Of a stretch of DNA of 64,000 nucleotides, positions 24,794-36,139 are shown in pieces. The stretch comes from Octopus sinensis. Its lineage: Eukaryota. The notes beneath the pieces are model-generated. The model had not been told where the DNA came from. It ran no database searches and was given only the letters and a program-made list of their open reading frames with translations. The stretch spans positions 103,230,001 through 103,294,000 of the forward strand of contig NC_043000.1 in assembly GCF_006345805.1 (NCBI RefSeq), given 5' to 3'. The position numbers were made by a program, and so were the translations under genes. Position 1 is the first letter of the stretch, and every line of letters starts with the position of its first letter.

Positions 24794-25680
24794 ATGCAGT
24801 TCAATGCTGGAAAGTTTCAAGCTTTATACTATCAGCATGCAAAACTGAATGCAATACCCAATGAATACACTGGACCCGGAGGGATTGCAATCCCAGAGGC
24901 ACAATCAGTGCGTGACCTGGGTATTCACATGAGTGATGACGCGACCTTTCATGTACATGTTGCTAAACTGACAATGAAATGTAGACGGCTGGCTGGATGG
25001 ATTCTTAGAACCTTTAGAACAAGAGAACAAAAAACCATGATGGTCCTCTGGAAGACACTTGTCCTAAGCCACTTTGACTATTGCTCTCAGCATGGTCACC
25101 ATCCAGTGTCAAGTTGATCACAGAACTTGAGGCGATCCAACGAAGCTACACAAAGAAGATAGCCTCTATGCAGAATGTAAGCTACTGGGAAAGACTCAAG
25201 AGATTAAAATATATTCTCTGGAGCGTAGGCGGGAAAGATATGCCATAATATACATCTGGAAGATCCTGGAGGGAAGTGTCCTGAACTTTGGCATCGAGAG
25301 TTACGCAAATGCCAGAACTGGGCGCCACTGCGTGGTGCCTAGACTCCAAACCTGCCATCAAGATGTAGGACAAGATTCTGTGATAGCCTGGGCTTTCGAG
25401 GCCCACAGCTCTTCAATATCCTCCCGAAGAACCTGAGAGACCTGCATGGGGTGGATACAGATGTCTTTAAAATGAAGCTGGATCTCTTCCTGTCAGGTGT
25501 CCCAGATGAACCAACTTCACGGCAGGAGGGGCAGATGAGGGCAGCTGCATCGAACTCTCTCATGCACCAAATAGCAGTTGCTAGAAAGCCTCCATGAAGT
25601 GAAACCAAGTAGCAACACCAAATGGCGGTGCCCCAGCATAGCCACAGTTCATAAGCTGAAACTAGAATCAATCAATCAGA
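24794..25680 (+). mobile_element. 5'-truncated CR1-clade LINE (RT C-terminal region plus 3' UTR)
   Basis: MQFNAGKFQ..VRDLGI..GWILRTF..LVLSHFDYCSQ, LEAIQRSYTKKI, YSLERRRERY, FRGPQLFNILP..FKMKLDLFL; tail GGCGGTGCCCCAGCATAGCCACAG..CTGAAAC then (AATC)n. Confidence 0.9.
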
Positions 25681-25960
25681 ATCAATCATATATTATTATA
25701 TATATATTATATATATATATATATATTATATATATATATATTATATATATATATATATTATATATATATATTATATATACATATATATTATATGTATATA
25801 TATATATAGTATATGTGTATATATATTATATATTATATTATATATAATATATATTATATATAATTATATATATTATATATATATATATATTATATATATA
25901 TAATATTATATATATATATATATAAATGAAAGAATGGAGTCGAACGATGTTAACAAAATT

Positions 25961-26049
25961 CCTTTACTCTCGACATATGTTTCGAAGACATGTTTTCATT
26001 CCAAGAATAAAGGGTGCATTATGCAATCTTCTCATCAGGAAAGAAAGGG
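25961..26049 (-). ncRNA. Type I hammerhead ribozyme, canonical core (left arm)
   Basis: Minus strand CCCTTTCTTTC-CTGATGA-GAAGA..TCTTC-GAAAC-ATAT-GTC-GAGAGTAAAGG; predicted cut after 25972. Confidence 0.85.
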
Positions 26050-26231
26050 AGCCTCTCTCTACAACAAGACAAACAAAAATGTCGATGACTGCCTACATGG
26101 TAAAACAAACGATAATGAGTGTTTTTGACGTCAATTCTTCTAACGGTTTTTTTAAAAAACACTCATTATCGTTTTGTTTACCATGTAGGCAGTCATCGAA
26201 ATTTTTGTTTGTCTTGTTGTAGAGAGAGGCT

Positions 26232-26323
26232 CCCTTTCTTTCCTGATGAGAAGATTGCATAATGCACCCTTTATTCCTTTGGAATGAAAACGTTGTCTTC
26301 GAAACATATGTCGAGAGTAAAGG
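26232..26323 (+). ncRNA. Type I hammerhead ribozyme, canonical core (right arm)
   Basis: CTGATGA at 26243-26249, stem II GAAGA/TCTTC, GAAAC-ATAT-GTC at 26301-26312, ~10-bp stem I with one bulge; predicted cut after 26312. Confidence 0.85.
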
Positions 26324-26538
26324 AATTTTGTTAACATCTTCGTTCGATTCCATTCTTTCATTTATTCATATACAACACACACATTTCTGCACATGAACCC
26401 GGAGTTTCTACCCTTGGACAGGTCGCTTCAACCGTGTTTTTGACGTGAATTTGCTACCCAGGTTTTGGTTAAACGAATTTTCCATCCTGACGATAAACAT
26501 AGGATAATTCATCACCTATTTATATATAATATATATAT

Positions 26539-26569
<31 letters not shown>

Positions 26570-26570
<1 letters not shown>

Positions 26571-26939
26571 CTTTATATATAAAAGTGAAGTTGTGTGTCT
26601 GTCTCCTATGATTTAGATTCCTAACTACTCCCACATTTTGCGGTGCAGTTTAACCAAAACCGGGTATCTTATAGTCGTGATCATATCGAGCGTCTACGAT
26701 GAGTCTACGATTTAAAAAAAAAGTACCATCATTTTTTCCATTTTAATGCATTTCGCTATTATTAAGGGAAGTAACTCTCTAAAGAGGTCTACGATGAGTC
26801 AACGATTTTAAAAAAAAATTACCATCATTTTTTCCATTTTTAATGCATTTTTTCTAGCTATTTTTTGGCTATAACTCTCTAAAAATGCTTATATAGTTAT
26901 TTCCTTACAAACCCGAGCAACGCCGGGCGATACTGCTAG
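26570..26939 (+). mobile_element. Non-autonomous Helitron
   Basis: Inserted in A|T; starts TC; ends with a CCCGAGCAACGCCGGG hairpin and CTAG; homologous to 39197-39708 with an internal deletion and a tandem duplication. Confidence 0.85.
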
Positions 26940-27100
26940 TATATATATATATATATATATATAGAAATTCGGGTGAGTACTTGATACATTGAGAAAAAAG
27001 GGATGGACGATTCAATTCGATGCTGCTGCCGCATTTATTCGTACGGAACGAGAAGATTTGCATCCCCAACCAAGAATTTCAGTACACATGTCCTTGGGAA

Positions 27101-27191
27101 GATTGTTGTCGCGGCTGAAGAAGGCCACAACATACTTATGATTTGTTATGAATCTGTCTAATAAAGGCCCGAAACGATGTACCGATGAATC
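27101..27191 (+). ncRNA. Slightly degenerate type I hammerhead in a Penelope-like terminal repeat (~26965-27210)
   Basis: CGG-CTGAAGA-AGGCC..GGCCC-GAAAC-GAT-GTA-CCG; A-C mismatch at 10.1-11.1 and a short stem I. Confidence 0.55.
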
Positions 27192-27227
27192 CTGCCTCAG
27201 TGTTTTATTTTTATTTTTATTTTGATC

Positions 27228-27283
<56 letters not shown>

Positions 27284-27299
27284 CTACGCATGTCTGTGC

Positions 27300-27540
27300 A
27301 CACACACACATATAAATATATGTGTGTGTGTCTTTGTGCCTGTGTTTGTACTTCACCACCGCCTAACAACCAGCATTGGTTTGTTTACGTCCCCGTAAAT
27401 TAGCGGTTCGGCATAAGTGACCGCTAGAATAAGTACTGGAGTTAAAACATAAAGACTGGGGTTGATTTGATCGACTACAAACCTTTCAATGCGATGCTGT
27501 AGCATGGCCGCAGTCCATAGACTGAAGCAAGCGAATATTA
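27300..27540 (+). mobile_element. SINE C, 3' half
   Basis: TTTACGTCCCCGTAA..GCGGTTCGGC..GAATAAGTACT..GCATGGCCGCAGTC..GACTGAAGC. Confidence 0.8.
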
Positions 27541-27821
27541 AAGGACAAAAATGGAAGGCTTTAATTTAAGATCACTTTAAAACAAGAGGTTTGTATCATA
27601 GAACCATGTGAGGTTCGTCTCAATAGGTTTACTATAAGAGGTTCTTTTTTGTTGATTCCTCTCTTCATTAGATCCTCTTATCACGGATGCAGGCTCACAC
27701 TGACATACACACGCATACATGCACATGCGCAGGTACACATACGCATGTACACTTGTTAGAATAATGACATTCATACAAGTATATACGCATCAAACGCTTC
27801 AAGCTCATCAGATCTTTCCAC

Positions 27822-27862
<41 letters not shown>

Positions 27863-28223
27863 ACATATGTATACAAACAGACACGCGTGTATACATCATA
27901 CATACATACATACATACATACAACATACATACATACGTACAAATACACGTACATACTGACACGCATGCCCAGAAACACATGTAAACATATACAGCACAAA
28001 CGCACACACACAACCTAAAAACGCATCACCATTAATACATGTATATAAACATACACAGCACACACAGACACACACACACTAACACACACACACTTACTCG
28101 ATCACGCAAACGCACATTTGATAACGCGTCAACGAACGTATTTACGCAAACTTAAAAGCAGAGATACAAACACACGCACACACAACGTACACGCAGACAC
28201 ACATACACATACACATACATAGA

Positions 28224-28254
<31 letters not shown>

Positions 28255-28472
28255 CCACACACTCACACACACACACGCGCGCGCGCATTAACAATCTAAG
28301 ACACTCAAAGACACACATACACATATAAAAGAAACTCAGACACTCCAAAACACACATGAAAAATAAATAGACAACCGTATAAGTCCACACTGAAGCGTAC
28401 ACGCAAAAGAAACACAAATAACACGCTCACTGTCTGTCTGTCTGTCTGTCTGTTTGCTTGTTACTCACTCAC

Positions 28473-28503
<31 letters not shown>

Positions 28504-28712
28504 CACTCCTTATCTCCCCCCCTCTCTCTCTCTCTCTCTCTCTCTTGGCCTTTGTTTCTCACGGCGTACACGCATTCAAATACACACACACACACATACG
28601 CACACACACCTTATTCCGATGTCAGTTCTAAAGATGAAACAACCTCAATGTTTGTAATCTTCATGTAAACAGGTCTGAAACAAACTCGTAGACGATAAAG
28701 GAGTTGACAGTG

Positions 28713-28748
<36 letters not shown>

Positions 28749-29109
28749 GCAGCAGCAATAACAACAAAAACAACAATAGCAACAACAACAACAAAAACAA
28801 TAACAACAGCAGCAGCGGCAATAACACGAATAACACCGGGCACAACAATGCACACAAGGAGATATAATGATGACAGCTTCTGTGGTTTTTATCTGTTTTG
28901 TTTTCACCACATTGTCGTCTGTTCTGAAAATTTCATATAAGAAAATGATTGAGAAACATCAGCGATCCATAGCTTCAACTCTTTTATCTAACTCGAACAG
29001 GCTGTGTGTCATTTCTACGATTTTACGTGTGTATGTATGTATGTATGTATGTATGATGTATGTATGTAGTATGTATATTTATATATATGTATGTATAAAT
29101 AAATGTATA

Positions 29110-29169
<60 letters not shown>

Positions 29170-29220
29170 CCCATACAATACATATATAATATAATAAATA
29201 CTACATACATACATACATAC

Positions 29221-29251
<31 letters not shown>

Positions 29252-29409
29252 GATATATATATAATATATAATATTTATATATATATATATACAGACAGAC
29301 AGACAGACAGACAGATAGATAGATAGATAGATAGATAGATAAACATACCGGAAATGGACGCGTGCGTTCAAACATAATAATATAAATAATATATACATAT
29401 ATGCAAAAG

Positions 29410-30726
29410 AAAATGTTGAGAAAATTCCATGTTGGACGCCCTGATATTTCGAGGATGAATGCTTTAGTGCGTAGCTACGTGTACTGGCCAAAAATGTATA
29501 GAAAAATCGAAAATGTAGTGAAAGGCTGTAGAGGATGTGCTCTAGCAGCAAAATACCGACGATAAAAAAATGAACCTTGGCCAGAAGTAAATGTTCTGTG
29601 GTCGAGACTACACATCGATTTCATTGGTCCTTTAAATGGTTCATACTACTTAATGGTAGTTAATAGTTTCTCTAAATAGCCAGAAATTAGTAAATGTAGA
29701 AAGCGAACCTCCTCAACTACGACAAACTCTCTACATGAGCTGTTCGTGAGATTTGACGTCGCAGACACGATAGTGTCTGACAATGGAACGCAGTTTGTGT
29801 CTTTTGAGTTTAAAATGTTTTGCAAAAGGTTCACTGAAGAACATGTAACTACGGCGCCATACCATCTCAGATCTAACCAACAAGCAGAACGCTTTGTCGA
29901 TACGTTCAAGAGAGCCCTAAGAAAGTCGAATAAGGAAGTCATGGACGAGGTAGCTTTACAACAATTCTTACAAGTATATTGTGTGACATCAAATCCAAAT
30001 ACACCAGCAGATTTGTTACCAGCAAAGCTGATGTTTGCGAGGAAAATAAAATCAGTCTTCGCCAAATTGTTACCTAGCAAGTAAAGAAAATTTGCAATGA
30101 ATAATAATAGCAAGCTATTTCAAAATTGGTGAAAATGCATTTGTTAGGACATATAAGAACGGAAAACAAAGTTGGGAATATAGCGTGATTACCAAACGCA
30201 TAGTAAAAAATGCTATACTTGGTAAAAGGAAGAAAAGGGGTATACAAGAGACACATAAATCAACTGAAAAAAAGATTCGTTATGAGCGAAACCAAGAGAA
30301 ATGAAGAATCGATGGAATGATTATACAATACTTTTTAAGTACTAATAATTGAACTCAGACGCACAAGCGAAAGAAAAAGAAAATGTATAGAGTTCCTGAA
30401 AGTGGGAGGCAAAACGAAAAAAACAAATTAATTTGTAATTATATGAAAAAAACTCAAAAACGGGCGGTGGGGTTATGTAAAGATTATTGCAAATAAAAAG
30501 AAATAAGTTACACGTCCTAAGAAAAAATATATTATAAGGGGAAATATGGGATAATGATAATAGAACACCCCTCCCACGTGATGAGTGGTATGTAATAATC
30601 GTTACAAATATTGTGACGTCGAGAAGTCGGGGTAGTCGGTCATAGATAGTCGTGTCTTTCTCGTCTAACTAACTATACTGCTATACTTGAATGGACGTTA
30701 TAACAGTCCGACGTTGAATTACAACA
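29410..30726 (+). mobile_element. Gypsy/Ty3 LTR-retrotransposon 3' portion: decayed integrase, purine-rich tract and probable 3' LTR (~30468-30726)
   Basis: HHCC zinc region (RSYVYWP..CRGC), WSRLHIDFIGP, IVSDNGTQF, TAPYHLRSNQQAERFVDTFK (D,D35E core); the putative LTR ends in TACAACA. Confidence 0.88.
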
Positions 30727-31039
30727 GTAAGGGTGGCTCAGCCTAAAAGGAGTGCACTCTGAGTGTTCAGTTTGGTACACCACCTAAATTCTGATTTGAA
30801 TTGCAGTTGAACATGCGATATTGTGACTGCCTTTCTAAAGCCGCTAGAAGTGGCTTCCCCTTGAGCATGTAGGTATAACGCAATACTCGGTCTATGGAAT
30901 TCTCACTCGACACGATGTTCCAGTAGCTGGGATATTCTAGAAACAGCTGTTAGAGACTATATACACATTCTTATTATTATATAGCTAAATTAAATGTCTT
31001 TGTCTGTCCCACTGTGTGACATTTGGATAAGTGTCTTCT

Positions 31040-31129
31040 ACTATAGCCTCGGACAGACAAAAGCCTTGTGGGTGGATTTGGTAGACGTAAAAGGAAAGAA
31101 ACCCGTCGTCTCTATATATTGATATTTAT

Positions 31130-31225
<96 letters not shown>

Positions 31226-31235
31226 TGTATGTATG

Positions 31236-31266
<31 letters not shown>

Positions 31267-31480
31267 GTATACTTATGTGTGTGTGTCTTTATGTCTTTGT
31301 CCCTTCCATTATCACTTGACAACAGATGTTGGCGTGTTTATCTCCCCGAAACTTAGCGTTTCGGAAAAAGAAACCGATAGAATAAGTGCTAACCTTAAAA
31401 AGAATAAGTCCTGGGGTCGATTTCTTCGATTAAAGGCGGTGCACTGAAACGTGTAAATAGAGTAGAAAAGTAAAAGAGTG
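31040..31480 (+). mobile_element. SINE C (5'-truncated) with expanded internal (TA)n/(TATG)n
   Basis: GTGTCTTCTACTATAGCCTCGG..GGATTTGGTAGACG, microsatellite, then CCGATAGAATAAGT..CCTGGGGTCGATTT..AAAGGCGGTGC. Confidence 0.85.
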
Positions 31481-32406
31481 TATATGATATACATATATAT
31501 TATAAATAGTATATGCGCATACATATATTGTATATATACATTATAATGTGTACACACACACATATATACATACATACATACATGCATACAAACATACAAA
31601 TATATATACGTATATACATGCATACATACACATATGTAATATTCCACTTTTCTCTCATTTTCTTAGACACTTTCTCTCAAGTTTCTCTTATCAACTGACT
31701 TGCTTGGCAGTTCCATAAAATCTAAAAACGAAAATATACATTGAAAAATTAAACTGGGCATGTAAGAAGTTGAATAAAAATGTTCATTGTCTTTATACAT
31801 TTATAGAAATACACAAGATCTGTGTTAGTCATATCAAGGTTTGTATATAACTTACGTAGCGCTAGCAGATGCTACGGAAAAAGCATCGATTTTTTTTACA
31901 TTTTGTATTGCGTCTTTCATTACGTTTCCAACTGACAAACGGCTGGTTCGCCGTATTTCTGATGCTGAGAATGAAAGGGGAGTGTTTGTAATTCGTCACA
32001 GAACAAATATCTGAAGCGACTGTGTTCATAAGATACTGACTTTTCGGTTTTCTCATCGATATTTATATTCTTTGTCAATATATAGCGATGAGAATCACAC
32101 ACATAGATATGTACATGCGCGCGCGCACACACACACACATACACACACACTCACACTCACGCGCGCGCGTGCGCGCAGCACACACGCAAAGAGGCTCACA
32201 ACAAATATTTCTAGCGAAAAGCAGCTAATTTGACCGTTGGCACGACTTCAGAATCCGTCAGTTGCCAAACTTATTTTTATCTGACAAACAAAAGCGAAAG
32301 TTATGTCCTAAACTCAAAGAGTTCCAAATTCATATGTTTGATTCTATTTTGCGTTTAATACTATTAAAAAATAAATATATATTAATATATAGAAATATAT
32401 ATATTA

Positions 32407-32441
<35 letters not shown>

Positions 32442-33599
32442 ATATATAATATATAACCAATCCCCGGAAATATTGACCTACTAGATATCTTCTAATAAAT
32501 AAACCATACAAATAATATATGTTTAAATTCTGTTATGCATAAATAGCTTGCCCATTTCACCTGGCTCTCATACAACTTTGGTTTTGTTTTCCATTGACCA
32601 AAGAAAAAAAATCACACAGACTACTAGAAGTTGAGGAAGCCTACATAGTAACTTTTTACATTGAATGTACAGCGTAGGGATATTGGTTCAGTATCTCTCA
32701 GGATAATGTTATTTTTTTTTAGATAAAGCTATATCGTTAACGAGTACACATATATTCAAACAACAAAATCAAAAGCGGATATATATATATATATATATAT
32801 ACATGTATATATACATGTGAGTGTGTATGAGTAAATGTACGCACACACATAATACATACATATATACAAGCTCACACATAACTACATGCATACACACACA
32901 CGCGCTAACACACATACATGCACGCGTGCGTGCATATATATATATATCACACACACACACATATATATATACATAAACATACATGCATACATACATATAA
33001 TATATCTGTGCATCCATGCATACAAAACACAAAACACATGCGTACTTATGTACGAGATAATTAAGGTTTCCCAGGGAACCATTTCAAAACGGAGGGCTAT
33101 CTTTAGTGCTCATCTTGTCCACCGATCCCAATCTCAAAAACGTTCGGTTTGAACCCATCAAAAGAATTTAGTAAAGTTTCAAATGTATGAAGCACCATAA
33201 AAATATAAATATTTCTATTTTTCTCGATAATCTTTGCTGAAATGTTTATTTATCATTAAAAAGAGAATTTAAAGATTCTGCAGTTAACCAATAATACCCA
33301 CGCCTACTATTTGTAATTGATATTTGAAAGATCATAAAGATTATAAAATGAATTGCATGTAACTCGGGGGGGAAATGACATAAGTTTCGTTTTAACTTGC
33401 CTATTTTCTATACTAAAATCGAATGTACTAATTATTATCCTCCTATTAAGCTCTAACATCCCGGTAGGGAACATCTTCATGAGGATAAATCTACACAGTG
33501 GGAAGAGAGTCATTTTAGCCTTGGCTGGCAACCCCTTAGAGATAGTGCTTCAATAAAAACACTATCTCTAAAATAGTGAAAGAGTGTGAACGTGACTAC

Positions 33600-35060
33600 G
33601 CTGAACAAGAAGAATAAAAGCAGAGCAAGGACAGGAATTAGCAGAGACCAATAACTCCCCACAAAAGAAACAACTACTCGAATGATGGTAAATTTTACTT
33701 TGTGGAAGGAAAAGTTGTAACAGAGGAAGAAAGAGGCTTACTACTACATCTGAATGAGGCGCGAAACAGCGTATGAAAGAGGCTGCCAGCTCTGAGAGAA
33801 ATCGAAAGAGAGAAACTGCATAAAGTAGTGAAAAAGATTGACGAACCGTGAGCAAAAATCTACATCGAAAACATAACAAATCTAGACAGTCTTATATATT
33901 GCACAACCTCTGTCGCTGAGCAAAGTTTTGGGGTTAAAAGTGAAAGAAAAGCAAAGAACAAAGCCCCATGGTAGGAGCGAAGATTTGAGAATCAAATTGA
34001 ACAGCTCAAGAGAGACCTTGACGGATAAATGCAATCATAAAAAAGAAGAGGATGAGGCAAAGACATAGGAACGAACTGCAAAGGAAAGTACAACATAAAG
34101 CACAAACGACTGCAAGCAGTTAAAGACGAACTAAAACAAAATCAAAGCAGTGTCAGGGAAGGGGGACAGATTACCAACAGGGAACAAACCAGGACCAACA
34201 GAATAGACTATCCAAGAACAACGAAAGAAAAGTCTATAAACAATTGAACAATGGAGAGGAACATCAGGGAAATGATATGTCAGATACTTAAGCAGCAAGG
34301 AAATTCTGAGCAGAAATCTGGAGCAAAAAAATCCAACAAAATACAGAAGCCGACTGGTTACGGAAATTTAAAAGAGAAATGAAAGCTGAAGTAACACAAG
34401 AAAATATAATAATCAAAATGGAATCCCCCTGATCATATGGTGTCCAAGGTTTCTAGCTTAAAAATCTCCCAAGAATACATAGTTATATACGACCATTTTT
34501 TACTGCCTGCATAAAAAATGGAACACTAAATAGATGAAAAAAGGAAGGGCAGTGCTGGCACAGAAGTGAAAAAAAAAAAAAAAAAAAAACAGAGAGGAAA
34601 AGTCGGCAATTATAGACCTATTACTTGCTTACCATTACCCTGGAAAATATTAACTGGCCTCATAACAGATGGAAGTACACAATTTTATGGAAAAGGAGAA
34701 TCTATTGCCAGAGGAACAAAAAGGATGTAGGAAGGATCCAGGGGAACTGATGTGCGATATATAAATAGTAGAAGAGGAATTTAGCTGTTGGATGGATAGA
34801 TTATAGCAAGGCTTACGACAATATCCCACACAGCTGACTCTTGGAGTGTCTGAAAATGCTAGGAGTCAATGAGAAGATAAACAATGGAGAAAGCAATGAG
34901 TGTGGGAAGCAGAAACGAACATGTGCAAATGAATCGTTGGGCGATGTGAAAATACGCAGGGGCATTTTTCAGGGAAACTCGCTCTTTCTATTACTTTTCG
35001 TCATTGCGCTTATCTCTTTGATAAGCATATTAAGAAAATCCAGACCTGCCTATGAGTTTA
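33600..35060 (+). mobile_element. Heavily decayed Dong/R4-like non-LTR retrotransposon RT region
   Basis: KRLPALREI.., LLPEEQKGCRK, and SLGDVKIRRGIFQGNSLFLLLFVIALISLISIL (QGD-motif region); many stops. Confidence 0.75.
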
Positions 35061-36086
35061 CCCTCACCAACGCGCCCCAAAGAAAAAGCAGCGGAAGTTA
35101 GTGCTACTTATTACAATGCAAACAAGCAGGTGTGCCTAATCACAAAATAATTTCAAAACGAAATAAATTAATTTTCACCACTGCAAGAATACAATATTTT
35201 TATGGGGGAGAGATGTTAGTTGATTCAATGGACCATCAGTACTTGACTACTACATTATTTAATCTACCCTGAAAACTGTAATCGGCAGATTTAAACTCAG
35301 AACGTAATGAAGTGTAAACATGATGTAATAATTCTTTTATATTTGGGCACAATGTAAGCAATTTTAATGGAAATGGGGTTAGACGACTACATTGACCTCA
35401 GTACTCATCTAGTACTTTTTTTATCGACGCTGAAAGAATGTAAGGCACGGCAGAATTTGAACTGAAAGTGCAAAGGACGAGAAGAAACGCCGCAAAGCAT
35501 TTTGTCCGACGCGCTATTGTAATAATTATTTCTGCTGTAGGTATAAGGACAGCAGTTTCGGGGAAGGGGGCAAGTCGATCACATCAACCTTAACTGCTAC
35601 TTATTTTATCGACCCCGAAAAGATGAAAAGCCAAAGTCGACCGAAGCGGAATTTGAACACAGAACGTAAAATCAGAAGAAATGCCGCTAAGCATTTTGTC
35701 CGGTGCAATGCTGTAATAATACCTAGCCTGTCGAACCAGCGAAAGAGCTTCTGTGTGGTCAGTCGATCTACTGGCCAAAAACAAACAGCCAATCTCCTTC
35801 ATACGACGTACAACCGCCTAGAAAGAGTACTGACAATATTATAACGCTGTTTGGATCAACACCACACGACCTAAAAAGTAAAAGTAACGATGTGGTAGTT
35901 ACAGTTGGAACGTCGTTTATCATTCGAAGGCCTGCTCAGTCAAGTCGGATCTGAGGCTAAAGAACAACACCACAATAACAACTACAATATGAAGAGCATC
36001 AGCGACGACATCATCATCATCACCATTATCATCATCATCGTCGTCGTTATCGTCCTCATCGCCATCATCATCGTCGTTGTCATTAC

Positions 36087-36139
<53 letters not shown>

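Larger units (their letters stand above)
25923..26364. repeat. ~440-bp fold-back (arms ~205 bp, spacer 26127-26154), probably an inverted Penelope-type terminal repeat
   Basis: 25923-26126 is the reverse complement of 26155-26364, differing mostly by small indels; each arm holds a hammerhead. Confidence 0.92.

Noticed and set aside
26411-26450. Distant relative of the G3-C8 motif (GGACAGGTCGC..TGACG)
   Set aside because: Too degraded to fold; not counted as a copy.
33750-33780. CTGAATGA..GAAAC..GTA hammerhead-like string
   Set aside because: The core has an extra base, no stems form, and it lies inside Dong/R4-like coding sequence.
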